Virus record (IMG/VR): IMGVR_UViG_3300045941_000095
Span: 1-34,503 of that record
DNA: 34,503 nt
Origin: a virus
Lineage: Duplodnaviria > Caudoviricetes
Reading direction: 5' to 3' (one strand)
Below are positions 7,553 to 16,198 of this stretch, one piece after another (within the stretch, counting starts at the first letter, position 1; the number at the start of each line of letters is the position of its first letter). The notes below the pieces were generated by a model. The model ran no database searches. It saw only the letters and a list, made by a program, of their open reading frames with translations, and was not told where the DNA came from. The position numbers and the translations under genes were made by a program.

Positions 7553-8635
7553 CTAACGCCTCAAAGCGGCAAGCTCGCGCTCATTTTCCAGACGCATCGC
7601 TTCAGTCAAGTACCTGTGGTCCCCTGTGCGGTCGTAAGCCGCGTAGGCTTCCTTCAAGGGGTCGCCGGAGGCAGAGGTATTCGCGCTGATGCGAGTTCCA
7701 GGCGCGGGAGCAGCCGTAACGGTTATCGGTTTAGGATTCGGAGCCGGAGCGGCAGGAGGCTTGATGAGTTTTTGCATCTCAAACTTGGCAGTCGCCCGCT
7801 TTTCTCCTAAGAGGTAAAGCGCACGGTCGCGGTTCTCGACCAAAAGTTTGTCGAAATTCGGAATGTCGGTCAGGGCCTTAATCCGCTCGCCGGCCTCTTT
7901 TGTGAGGTTCGGCACGTAATCGAGCCCATCCGGGTCATACCGGATAACGTGGTTCATCGCCAGGGATGCGGGAAAGTCCTCCGAGAAGTACGGCGCGGAT
8001 TTGATGTTCCGCGCTTCAACGCGGGCCTCAAATTTTGCCGTTTCGCGGTCAGCCTCGGATGTGGCGCGGAAGGCTTGAAGTTTCGACTCGGCTACCTGCT
8101 CGAAATAATCGGCAAGCGCCTCGGAATAGGCTTCATTCTTCGCGTCCCACTCTTCAGCGGTCTCATGGCCGGTCATTTTGGGCGGCTTGGGCCGCTGCAA
8201 TGCCGTTGTCGGTGCCTTAACTTCTGCTTTGGGCGCGGGAGCGGTCTCCGCAGGTTTACTCGCATATTGCTCGCGCAGGAGTTTCAGTTCGGCCTTGAGT
8301 TCAGCGTTTTGGCGTGTCTTTCGGGCAAACGCCTGACGCTGTTTCCGTTGCTGCTCGGGGGTTCCGTAATACTCCGGTTCGTGGTCCTCTTCCTCGCCGG
8401 GGCCTTGTTCCGGCTTAACTTCTGCCTGTTGGGGCAAAGGCTCTTGTGGCGTATCGGGCTCCGGTGGGGGAGTTGCCGTGACTTCTTTCGGTTTCGGTTC
8501 TTCGCCGGTCTTGTCCCAATGTGACCTCTCTTCGGGAGTCCATGAATTCATGACCTCCGCGAAAGACGAGGGCTCAACGGGTGCGATAGGCTCAGGTGCG
8601 GCGACGTTTTCCGCAGTGATAACGTCTTCGGGCAT
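7553..8635 (-). CDS. Capsid scaffolding protein
   Basis: Acidic, Pro-rich N-terminus with coiled-coil segments; lies between portal and coat; AAGGAG RBS. Confidence 0.8.
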   Translation of the reverse strand: MPEDVITAENVAAPEPIAPVEPSSFAEVMNSWTPEERSHWDKTGEEPKPKEVTATPPPEPDTPQEPLPQQAEVKPEQGPGEEEDHEPEYYGTPEQQRKQRQAFARKTRQNAELKAELKLLREQYASKPAETAPAPKAEVKAPTTALQRPKPPKMTGHETAEEWDAKNEAYSEALADYFEQVAESKLQAFRATSEADRETAKFEARVEARNIKSAPYFSEDFPASLAMNHVIRYDPDGLDYVPNLTKEAGERIKALTDIPNFDKLLVENRDRALYLLGEKRATAKFEMQKLIKPPAAPAPNPKPITVTAAPAPGTRISANTSASGDPLKEAYAAYDRTGDHRYLTEAMRLENERELAALRR

Positions 8636-8664
8636 TCGTTCTCCTTATCGGACTTCGATGCGCC

Positions 8665-8711
8665 AAAGAAAAAGGGTCCGGCCCTCCGCTGTGCACAGAG
8701 AGCGGACCCTT
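8665..8711 (-). terminator. Terminator-like hairpin between portal and scaffold
   Basis: AAGGGTCCG...CGGACCCTT inverted repeat (8672-8680/8703-8711) followed by TTTCTTT on the minus strand. Confidence 0.6.
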
Positions 8712-8765
8712 GTCTTTCTTTGGCTGTTGCAGCGGGAGCAACCCCGGCAACGAAAGTTTTAAACT

Positions 8766-10961
8766 CTACTCGCCAGTCCCGTTCTGGCTTGCGGCGGCGG
8801 CTTCTCGATCCGCTGCGCTTTCCTGCGAAGCATGCTGGCGGTCGGCGCTAGCCTGCTCCCCTTTATGCGATAAATCCCTCGACTGCATCAATAACTTTTC
8901 TTGAATTTCGAGTTTCTTTAACTCCATTTGCTTGCCGATCATCGCCATTTCAAACGCCTGTTGATCGTCCTGAAGCATCTTCTTCAGTTGGTACTCGCGC
9001 TCCAAGAGCGCCATTTTCCCTTGGTTATCAACAACTTTCCCCTGCTTCTCGTCTTCGAGTTCGATGACCTTCTGTTGCAGTTCTTCGCCGTGAGCATTCA
9101 ACGCCTGCGCCATGCCCTTCAACTGCTCAATTGCCGCAACCGCGTGCGGAGGAGTCGGCTCCTGCTGGCCTTCGGGATCGGCATATGCGGCCTGTACCGG
9201 AGGCGGCTGAAGCGCCGTCGCCACCTTAATCATTTTGTCGCCAACGGGGCCCAGGTTCTTCAATTGAATGATGAGTGGCGAAAGCGGATTGGTCAGGAGT
9301 TCCGGATTCTTCGTCAGTAACTCCGCAAACTTCTGAGCATCGACCATCTGACTGACGGAATCCGGCCCCGTGGAGATCGTCACGCTGTGACCTTCCGGTG
9401 GGCCGTAAGGATGCGGCTGATCCGGATACGGCGTAATCTTCTCGCTCTTGTACTTCCCGTCTTTCGTCTGAAATCCGACCGTGCGCTCGGAATCTTCGAT
9501 GTACGCGAGCAACTCATTCTCAATGCGGCCCTCGAACTCAATCGCGGAGAGGTAGGAGTCGATGAAATGGAAATTGTTGGTATCCGCCGCTGCGTCAATC
9601 TTATCCTGCGCCACGCCGGACTCGCTCTGCCGCTGCTTTTGGTCCACACCCGTCATTCCCGCCGCGTTTTGAGCATCGCGAATGAAACTGTTCCGGGCGA
9701 CCTCGTAACCTTCAATTTGCGCCTGAAAGAGAATCTCTTTCGGCTGCTGGACCTGGTTCCCCTGCTCATCGCGCTCGTGGTACTTCAGGTAGGCTTGCGG
9801 GTTCCGGTGCGCCAGCTTCCATTGCGTTTCGTAGCCTTCGATGGCCTTATCGGAAACCATGATCTTGGATTTCGTGGACATGCCGAACTGTTCAAGTTCG
9901 CCCGCAACGGAAACGTCGAAATTCAGGTTCGGCTCGCGAAGTTTGCGCGTCAGGGACTCAATGACGAGTTCGTCACCTTCGTATTTCTCGCGCCCAACAC
10001 AGGTCGGAAACGGAATCGTTGATCCGGGCCAAGGCTTTTTCTCGAAAATCTGAAACCCGTTGGTGAAATACTGGCAAACCTTCTTAGATGTGCCTTCGCG
10101 CTCGTCTTCAAGCGGGAATTGCTGGCCCTGAGAGTCGGTAATGGTGTCGCCGTCTAATTTGAGTCCCTTTGACTCAAGTTCGGACTCAAAGCAGCCTTCA
10201 GAATTCCCGCCAAAGAACAGGACGCGCTCCTTTTGCTCCTCCACCTTCCAGTATTCGGCAAACATGATGGAATCAGGCCGGAGCCATGCCGTGACGGAGA
10301 CGGACTCAGCGGCGGAAAACCCCTGAATCTCGACATCCGGGTCTTTCATGTTCTTCCAGCGGCGTTTTGCCTCGGATTTCGTAATCCACTGCGTTGCGAG
10401 TAACTGCTTCCGGTCGCTGCGATCCGCTTCCTGACAATCGGGGTCATCTAAGATGGAATTCGGATTCGGGATGCGCTTAACGACGATTTTCAGGTTACGC
10501 GAACGCGGCGAGGCATACTCCGTATCCACGCGCCAGTAGCCGATACCACGATCCACAGAGTTCTGGAGCGCCGTCAACCGGGCCTGAGACGCATGAGACT
10601 CGTAGGAGATCCCGCGAATGCGATCTTCGCGCCGTTCCGCTGTTTTCTTGTCCGCGCCTTCGCCGTTAGGGATGACATCTACGCCGCGAGGGTTCATCCG
10701 CGCCTGGTTCACGACGCGATTGTTGTACGGGGAAATAATGTCGGTGTGGCCGCAGGGGCGCGGGTTCTCAACCTTCGAGTACTTGCCACGCGCTTCAAGT
10801 TCCTCTTTCGGCCATGGGCCATCAACGGAAAGCGCAATCATGTCAAGATCCGCTTCACGGCGGTTCTTCTCAGAACGCTTCCAGGCGTAATCTCGGAACT
10901 CGCGAATTTCCTTCAGGATCTCGTCTTCGTTCGAGATCGAATTGGTTTCACCCTTCGGCAA
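8766..10961 (-). CDS. Portal protein, P22 gp1-like
   Basis: 731 aa; RPC, VVNQAR.N, GIGYWRV.T.Y, DPD....DRSD and ESG.A motifs; long C-terminal coiled coil (barrel). Confidence 0.92.
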   Translation of the reverse strand: MPKGETNSISNEDEILKEIREFRDYAWKRSEKNRREADLDMIALSVDGPWPKEELEARGKYSKVENPRPCGHTDIISPYNNRVVNQARMNPRGVDVIPNGEGADKKTAERREDRIRGISYESHASQARLTALQNSVDRGIGYWRVDTEYASPRSRNLKIVVKRIPNPNSILDDPDCQEADRSDRKQLLATQWITKSEAKRRWKNMKDPDVEIQGFSAAESVSVTAWLRPDSIMFAEYWKVEEQKERVLFFGGNSEGCFESELESKGLKLDGDTITDSQGQQFPLEDEREGTSKKVCQYFTNGFQIFEKKPWPGSTIPFPTCVGREKYEGDELVIESLTRKLREPNLNFDVSVAGELEQFGMSTKSKIMVSDKAIEGYETQWKLAHRNPQAYLKYHERDEQGNQVQQPKEILFQAQIEGYEVARNSFIRDAQNAAGMTGVDQKQRQSESGVAQDKIDAAADTNNFHFIDSYLSAIEFEGRIENELLAYIEDSERTVGFQTKDGKYKSEKITPYPDQPHPYGPPEGHSVTISTGPDSVSQMVDAQKFAELLTKNPELLTNPLSPLIIQLKNLGPVGDKMIKVATALQPPPVQAAYADPEGQQEPTPPHAVAAIEQLKGMAQALNAHGEELQQKVIELEDEKQGKVVDNQGKMALLEREYQLKKMLQDDQQAFEMAMIGKQMELKKLEIQEKLLMQSRDLSHKGEQASADRQHASQESAADREAAAASQNGTGE

Positions 10962-11169
10962 TTAGCAGCCCTTCTTTTTGCCCTTTTTCTTCATGGGCCT
11001 CCTTAAGCTGAATTTCAGGGAATTCAAAACGCTTGCCGTAATGCTTGCAGGCTTCATTCCGGCAAATAACCACAAAATCGGAATCAAAATTTTCAGAGTC
11101 GCGCCGCTCAATATCGACAGGCCACCAGCAGTCAAGGCAAAACCCGGAAATGTTGGGACGAAACCTCAA
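10948..11169 (-). CDS. Small Cys-containing hypothetical protein
   Basis: CLDC and C.N..C motifs; overlaps neighbouring genes. Confidence 0.6.
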   Translation of the reverse strand: MRFRPNISGFCLDCWWPVDIERRDSENFDSDFVVICRNEACKHYGKRFEFPEIQLKEAHEEKGQKEGLLIAEG

Positions 11170-11378
11170 GGTTTTCGTCCTTTCCCGGAGTAGTGAGTAT
11201 TGGACCCGTAACGGCGGATGTGAAAAGGCCAGATTACGGACGAGAATTTTTCGCGGTGCGCTTCAATGACCTCTTCGCCAAGTTCCTGGTTCGCCGCCCG
11301 ATACGCTTCAAGGATTTTTTCATCGTCCAGGCTTGCGGCAATGGGGTCCTCCCCTTTGGCGGGCAGAGTGCTTTTCAC
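11166..11378 (-). CDS. Hypothetical protein
   Basis: ORF in operon orientation with 4-nt overlap to the next gene. Confidence 0.55.
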   Translation of the reverse strand: MKSTLPAKGEDPIAASLDDEKILEAYRAANQELGEEVIEAHREKFSSVIWPFHIRRYGSNTHYSGKGRKP

Positions 11379-11382
11379 GCCG

Positions 11383-11427
11383 ATAGATATAACCTATGCA
11401 AAGCAGTTTTTGATAGTTAATTTCTAT
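11383..11427. promoter_or_regulatory. Paired ATAG-N7-CTAT palindromes (OxyR/LysR-type operator-like)
   Basis: ATAGatataacCTAT (11383-11397) and ATAGttaatttCTAT (11413-11427) in an AT-rich intergenic patch. Confidence 0.5.
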
Positions 11428-11568
11428 GAAGTGGGGTAGAAAGGGGGGAATCAGTCGAAAACTCCATTACCTCCTTGGGGGCCGGTGTCGCATCCGGCCC
11501 TTTTAAATTGGTGCTGAGAATGTGCTGTCGTCGAGGTAGGTTTAACGGCCCGAACTGGATGCGATGGA

Positions 11569-13137
11569 TCAGGAATAGGCCGAAGCGGGTGTGTATCCGG
11601 GCTCCTGCTGCATAGTAAGCCTTCTGGCGGCAACTTCGGGCAGGACCACCTCCATGTAGGTGCTCATAATCAGGGAATCCAGTTCGTCAGTGGACCGCCC
11701 GAGCCGCTTCTTCATTTCCGCCTTCTCTTCAAACTGGAGCGGGATGTACCGCTTCGGCATGATATGCCGCATATCCATCGCGAGCTTCTTCGACTCATCG
11801 ATCGAGCCGCCATTCTGAAGCAACTGAAGGAATCGCTCCATCATCATGGCCTTGACGTTCTTCCACTTCGCGGGATTCATGGAATGCCCGTTCCAGTTGA
11901 CCTCAATGATGTTCTTGATGCCTAAATACCGCAACCGGGTACACACGGGCGCCGAGATTCCCGAAGAATCCGTGAACAGCATTTGAACCTTAACAGGCTT
12001 ATTCGCTCCCGCCGGCTTGTAATCCTTCGTCATGATCTCGCCCAACTTCGCAATCATGAACTCGGGTTCCCGTGTCTGCTCTCCCGGTATGATAATCGGC
12101 GGGATCGACCACATATCCAGTCCATGCCGGAAGCGCACCACGTTTGAGTCATCGCCGCCCCAGGCCGCATCCCACGTGGCGATTAAGGCATCGTCGGGAA
12201 GGCCCTTATTTTTTGCCGTCTGAGACTTCCGGATTAAATCCTCATCGAAGTACTGCGCCGCGTTCGATTTCGGGGGCAGGCCGAGAATCCACACGCGCAC
12301 GTAGTCGGAGTCAATCCCGTATTCCTTGATCGCCTCGCTGAGTTCCTCTTTATTGGGAAATCGGCAGGTCCGGGAGTCAATGGATTTTGCTTTCCAGTGA
12401 CCAAAGGCATACTTCCCCGACAGGGCATCCGCGAAAAACCCGGTCGCCATCGTCGCATTGCCGCGTGCCAGCGCAACCGGGAGGCCGGTCGTCAATCCCG
12501 AGAGCGCCACCTCCGCAATCTTGTCGGGGATCTCCGAGGACTCATCGAAAATAATCATGTTCACGGAGCCGATGTTCTGCTGACCGGCGGATGCCTGCGG
12601 ATTCTCCAGGTTCCATGTAATCGGCACCGCAAACCACGAGTCGCGGGCGCCAAGACGGTAGATGATGCTCGAATTCGCTTCAAACCAGTGCGCGACGACC
12701 GATCGGCGCATCCACTTGCGGATCTCCGGCCACGTTTTCGTCGCCAACTGATCCCCGGAGTTCGCCATGACGGTAATTTTTGCGTCAGGCCATGCCGCGA
12801 GCATGATTGTGACCGTCATCCCCACGTCGGCGCTCTTGCCGATCCCGCGCCCTGATCCCACAACGCGCAGGATCTTTTTCACCGAATCGACGCCATTGAA
12901 GTTCGAGGCCCGCATGTCTTCGCCCAATTCGCGAAGTTCGGTCAATTGCCATTCGTCAGGCTGCTCCACGCCAGATAGTTCGCCCTCGCCCCATTCCCAA
13001 AGAATCATGACAAGGCGCTCGGGATACCACTTATTTTCGGCAATTGCTTGAAGGAGTCGCTCGTCGTCAGGGCCCGATGAAGCAGGAAGTTTCTCAGGTC
13101 CAGAGAAGGCGTCAGGCGGTATAGAGCGTTCTATCAT
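11569..13137 (-). CDS. terL: Terminase large subunit
   Basis: Walker A GSGRGIGKS, Walker B IIFDES, coupling motif GNA, nuclease D.A.GGDD and RSTDELD. Confidence 0.95.
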   Translation of the reverse strand: MIERSIPPDAFSGPEKLPASSGPDDERLLQAIAENKWYPERLVMILWEWGEGELSGVEQPDEWQLTELRELGEDMRASNFNGVDSVKKILRVVGSGRGIGKSADVGMTVTIMLAAWPDAKITVMANSGDQLATKTWPEIRKWMRRSVVAHWFEANSSIIYRLGARDSWFAVPITWNLENPQASAGQQNIGSVNMIIFDESSEIPDKIAEVALSGLTTGLPVALARGNATMATGFFADALSGKYAFGHWKAKSIDSRTCRFPNKEELSEAIKEYGIDSDYVRVWILGLPPKSNAAQYFDEDLIRKSQTAKNKGLPDDALIATWDAAWGGDDSNVVRFRHGLDMWSIPPIIIPGEQTREPEFMIAKLGEIMTKDYKPAGANKPVKVQMLFTDSSGISAPVCTRLRYLGIKNIIEVNWNGHSMNPAKWKNVKAMMMERFLQLLQNGGSIDESKKLAMDMRHIMPKRYIPLQFEEKAEMKKRLGRSTDELDSLIMSTYMEVVLPEVAARRLTMQQEPGYTPASAYS

Positions 13138-13260
13138 TCAGCGAGATTTTATGGCCACGCCGATTAATAGGATAAAAAGCATAAACGCCAAATAGAGAAT
13201 AATGGGAGTCCACCAATCCGGGCGATGCTTGCTCTTTGCGTCAAACGGATCGCCGCTCAC
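13138..13260 (-). CDS. Small single-TM protein, 40 aa
   Basis: Hand translation MSGDPFDAKSKHRPDWWTPIILYLAFMLFILLIGVAIKSR; abuts the terL start. Confidence 0.6.
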   Translation of the reverse strand: MSGDPFDAKSKHRPDWWTPIILYLAFMLFILLIGVAIKSR

Positions 13261-13526
13261 CCGTCCACCTTAATGTTGCAAGATCGGAGAAAGGCCGCGT
13301 CGTCGGGCTGATCGGATTCCCAATTAAACGGCACCTCGCCAGCCTGAAGTTGCTTCAACTTCCAGCAATGATTGAAGTGCTCATGCATAGCCAGACCGAG
13401 AACGCTATCAGCCTCAAGTCTGGCTCCGCATGGACACTTAGCCATCACCGCAGGAAAGGCCGTTTTCCACTCCATCTTGCGCCGATATTCCTCGTCAGGC
13501 TCAAACGGGTTATCGTGTGAGGTCAT
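13257..13526 (-). CDS. Hypothetical protein, possible Zn-binding (CPC...H...C)
   Basis: Overlapping start and stop with neighbours. Confidence 0.6.
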   Translation of the reverse strand: MTSHDNPFEPDEEYRRKMEWKTAFPAVMAKCPCGARLEADSVLGLAMHEHFNHCWKLKQLQAGEVPFNWESDQPDDAAFLRSCNIKVDG

Positions 13527-13684
13527 GCTTTTTCGCTTCCTGAAACAATTTCGATGATGCGGGCACCCTTATAAAGCAATCCCTCGGCCTCCGCGTCTTT
13601 CTTTTCCGTGAAAGGACCTATAAGGTGGCCCAAACCCTCATACGGCGGGATGTCCACAACGTAGCCCTCAACCTTGTAACTCAC
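13523..13684 (-). CDS. Hypothetical protein, 53 aa
   Basis: Hand translation MSYKVEGYVVDIPPYEG...GSEKA; 4-nt overlaps on both sides. Confidence 0.6.
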   Translation of the reverse strand: MSYKVEGYVVDIPPYEGLGHLIGPFTEKKDAEAEGLLYKGARIIEIVSGSEKA

Positions 13685-13872
13685 GGCTCCACCGCTCCCA
13701 GGTGGGAGTCGGGCTCTATTTCCATCCGCCGTGGCTGCTTAATTCTGAAAATCTCTCCAGATGGCATCACGTAGTCCACGACATCTTGTGGAATCACGCG
13801 CTCCAGTGGCATGGCGATCTCCCACGGCTCTTCCGGGCAAATCTCGTCCGGAGGTAATGCGGATTCACTCAT
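13681..13872 (-). CDS. Hypothetical protein
   Basis: AGGAGG RBS; coupled to neighbours. Confidence 0.6.
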   Translation of the reverse strand: MSESALPPDEICPEEPWEIAMPLERVIPQDVVDYVMPSGEIFRIKQPRRMEIEPDSHLGAVEP

Positions 13873-14092
13873 GAGTCACCTCCTGCAACTTTCGCTCTTT
13901 CTCCCGCTCCCGCTGCTCCCTCGCCGCAGCCTCCGCCTTCTCCCGAAACTCTTTCGCTAATTCCGCCCACTCCTTGTCCGTCACAGAGGGACCACCACCG
14001 GGTTCCCGCCATCCCGCGCCTTTAACTTCTCCACACACCGCCGCGCCGCTGCCTCCGTCATCTTTGCCGCCTTCTCCCGCCCCAACACCCAC
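13865..14092 (-). CDS. Hypothetical protein with charged C-terminus; start uncertain
   Basis: Charged helical second half; overlaps the next gene. Confidence 0.4.
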   Translation of the reverse strand: MGVGAGEGGKDDGGSGAAVCGEVKGAGWREPGGGPSVTDKEWAELAKEFREKAEAAAREQREREKERKLQEVTHE

Positions 14093-14177
14093 TTCTTATG
14101 CGCGAGAAATTCAGCAACCTCCGCCGACTTCTGTACCAAAAATTGAGCCACCTTTTTCTACCAAAATTCCAAAAATT

Positions 14178-14393
14178 TTATAGCAGAGCCAGCGTTTCCG
14201 CTCTCGCCTCACGAATCTTCCCGAAAAGATCCTCCATGAGCAGGCTTGCATCCACAACAACTCGCGCAAGTTTCTCGCGAGTCACACCCTCTTCAAACTT
14301 AATCTCATCACCATTGATACTGAACAGCGTTTCACCACGATATTCGTAAACCATCTTTCCTCCAGAAATTCCAAATTTTATAGGGAAAATCAC
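14178..14393 (-). CDS. Hypothetical protein (likely start MVYEYR)
   Basis: GGAGG precedes the internal ATG. Confidence 0.55.
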   Translation of the reverse strand: MIFPIKFGISGGKMVYEYRGETLFSINGDEIKFEEGVTREKLARVVVDASLLMEDLFGKIREARAETLALL

Positions 14394-14519
14394 ACTTCAG
14401 GATCTGACTGACATATATGAAGGGGATGGGACCCATTGCCGGTACCAGGCCGGCCAATTTCCCCGTTACCTCCTGATTTCAGGATCAAACCCCCGGAAGT
14501 AAGCATGCTTTTCTCTTCA

Positions 14520-14547
14520 ATGTCGCATAACTTGTCTTATGTTATAG
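14520..14547 (+). other. dif-like XerC/XerD recombination site
   Basis: ATGTCGCATAA-CTTGTC-TTATGTTATAG versus E. coli dif GGTGCGCATAA-TGTATA-TTATGTTAAAT; 11-6-11 layout; intergenic. Confidence 0.78.
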
Positions 14548-14549
14548 AC

Positions 14550-15242
14550 TTACGAACCACTACAGGATGTTGGATCGTCGCCCGTTTGTGGTGCACTTTC
14601 CTTCTCGCTCGCGCTCTCTTCAGGTATGCCCGACCCCAACATCTTGTGGTCCACTACAGGTTGTGCTTGGGCCGGAATGACGCGCTGCATTCTCTTCAAT
14701 GCCGCATCCACCTTGCGTGCTCGTTCGGCTGTCACGACTGTGATGTTGACGTCCCCATGCTTTTGCTGCTCTTTGAAGGCATCGACTGCCTTAAGCTTAC
14801 CTAACATCTCCCACGCTTTCTCGCGAGGCAGCGTCTTGATGATCTTCTTCCTTCCGACCTGATCCCACGATGCGCTATCGCCATCCTTAGATGGCACCAT
14901 GTTGGGTGCGTCCGTAATCTCAACGCCACCTTGGCGAGCCCATAGCGGCCACTCGTGAATTGGTTTCAGTTCGCCGGATTCGTCATACAGGTCCGCAACA
15001 TCGCCGCGTAATCGTTCGGTTGCTGCTTCGTGGAGCTCGATAGCGTCTGCGAGGCCGACAGAGAGCGCGTGATTCACGGCTCGCGCTTGCAGTTCCTCAA
15101 GAACGCGCTTAACTTCGCCGTGTTCGATAGCCTCACCTGCGTGAGTTTCCATCCATTTCGGTAGTCCCGCTTTGCGAATCGCGGTTGCCATACCGGAACC
15201 CTTGAGGCGTTCGGCAATGTAGCGAGCTTCGCGGTAGGTCAC
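14550..15242 (-). CDS. terS: Terminase small subunit
   Basis: N-terminal A.RKAG HTH-like region, DVADLYDESGELKPIHEWP and KAWEMLGK typical of TerS; upstream of terL. Confidence 0.8.
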   Translation of the reverse strand: MTYREARYIAERLKGSGMATAIRKAGLPKWMETHAGEAIEHGEVKRVLEELQARAVNHALSVGLADAIELHEAATERLRGDVADLYDESGELKPIHEWPLWARQGGVEITDAPNMVPSKDGDSASWDQVGRKKIIKTLPREKAWEMLGKLKAVDAFKEQQKHGDVNITVVTAERARKVDAALKRMQRVIPAQAQPVVDHKMLGSGIPEESASEKESAPQTGDDPTSCSGS

Positions 15243-15247
15243 GCTTC

Positions 15248-15276
15248 ATTATTGAAACGTAGCCGTGAATTGTCAA
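15248..15276 (-). promoter_or_regulatory. Sigma70-type promoter for terS (leaderless transcript)
   Basis: TTGACA-17-AATAAT, ending 5 nt before the GTG; no RBS. Confidence 0.65.
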
Positions 15277-15386
15277 ATGATTGAAGAATTGGCCTGCGGC
15301 AGCAAGGAAGCTTGGAAAGAAAAAACGCATTCCTCGGGGTTCCGCGTCCTTGCGGGATGGAGGGTAGCACGGCATGGAAGTATTTG

Positions 15387-15776
15387 CTAGGGTTTGGTTT
15401 TTTGGTGCCGTTCAATGATCTTGCGAATGAGAGACAGGTTTACGTCGCGGGAGACGCGTCTGGTTGCGCGGATAGACACGGTTTTCTTGACGACGGTCCG
15501 ATTGTATTTAGGCTTTAACTCATAGATAAGTCTACGCTCCAGTGTGTTAGCGTCGGCCTCAGAACTGCAGCAAATGAATTCAATCTCATGGCAGGACTCA
15601 CGGACATCACTACGATGGTGTACGCGCCCAAGTGGCCGATCAATTCCGTGATAACTACTGCCGATGTATAGCGGCTTTCCCTGCCGATCCCGAAAGATGT
15701 AAACCAATGGCGAGGTAGCGCGATTCAATTGGTCCCGAGTCCACGTGAAACACTTGCGGCTTTCCATGTAGTCCAT
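15387..15776 (-). CDS. GIY-YIG nuclease family protein
   Basis: LVYIF.....PLYIGSS, R..HH and LERRLI.ELKPKYN (UvrC N-terminal-like); TATAAT 6 nt upstream of ATG 15776. Confidence 0.85.
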   Translation of the reverse strand: MDYMESRKCFTWTRDQLNRATSPLVYIFRDRQGKPLYIGSSYHGIDRPLGRVHHRSDVRESCHEIEFICCSSEADANTLERRLIYELKPKYNRTVVKKTVSIRATRRVSRDVNLSLIRKIIERHQKTKP

Positions 15777-15802
15777 AGACCAATTATACCGCACGCGCCT
15801 AA

Positions 15803-15908
15803 TGTCGGCTTTCCTTACAAGTGTCGGCCTGGCTTACAGGTCGCTTACGTAGCGGTAAGTATTAGACTTAGGCGAGGTTTTCGCCGGCGAGTGTCGGATT
15901 TCCTTACA
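15803..15908 (+). repeat. Three direct copies of TGTCGG-N5-CTTACA in a divergent intergenic region
   Basis: Copies at 15803-15819, 15822-15838 and 15892-15908. Confidence 0.8.
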
Positions 15909-15998
15909 AAGTCAGGTTTCGCGTGTTCCGTATGTGCTTCATTCCACCCGGAAATAGTTTGGCATGCTTAGTGCTACGTCTGTTACCGGAGGCACCCT

Positions 15999-16184
15999 AT
16001 GGTTCCACACTACCTTTACGACTGGACTGAAGATGTAGCGCGTTACAGAAACATTCTCGGCGGGCCAGCGTTAACCCTTGAAGAATTGATTCTTGACGCC
16101 ATAGACCGCCATGCCGCGTGGGTCATCATTGGCAACCAGCAGATTGCAGTGGAATCGCTAATCAAAAATTGGACAACCCGATAA
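15999..16184 (+). CDS. Hypothetical protein
   Basis: GGAGG RBS; first gene of the plus-strand cluster. Confidence 0.65.
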   Translation: MVPHYLYDWTEDVARYRNILGGPALTLEELILDAIDRHAAWVIIGNQQIAVESLIKNWTTR

Positions 16185-16198
16185 CAGGAGGAAAGCAA

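Noticed and set aside
6135-7556. 473-aa plus-strand ORF and other long antisense ORFs over structural genes
   Set aside because: Shadow frames of GC-rich coding sequence opposite well-supported genes; no motifs or RBS
15803-15908. CRISPR mini-array or mycobacterial PafBC promoter motif
   Set aside because: Repeats are 17 bp with 2-bp and 53-bp gaps and no cas genes; the TGTCGG-to-TA spacing is 7, not 10
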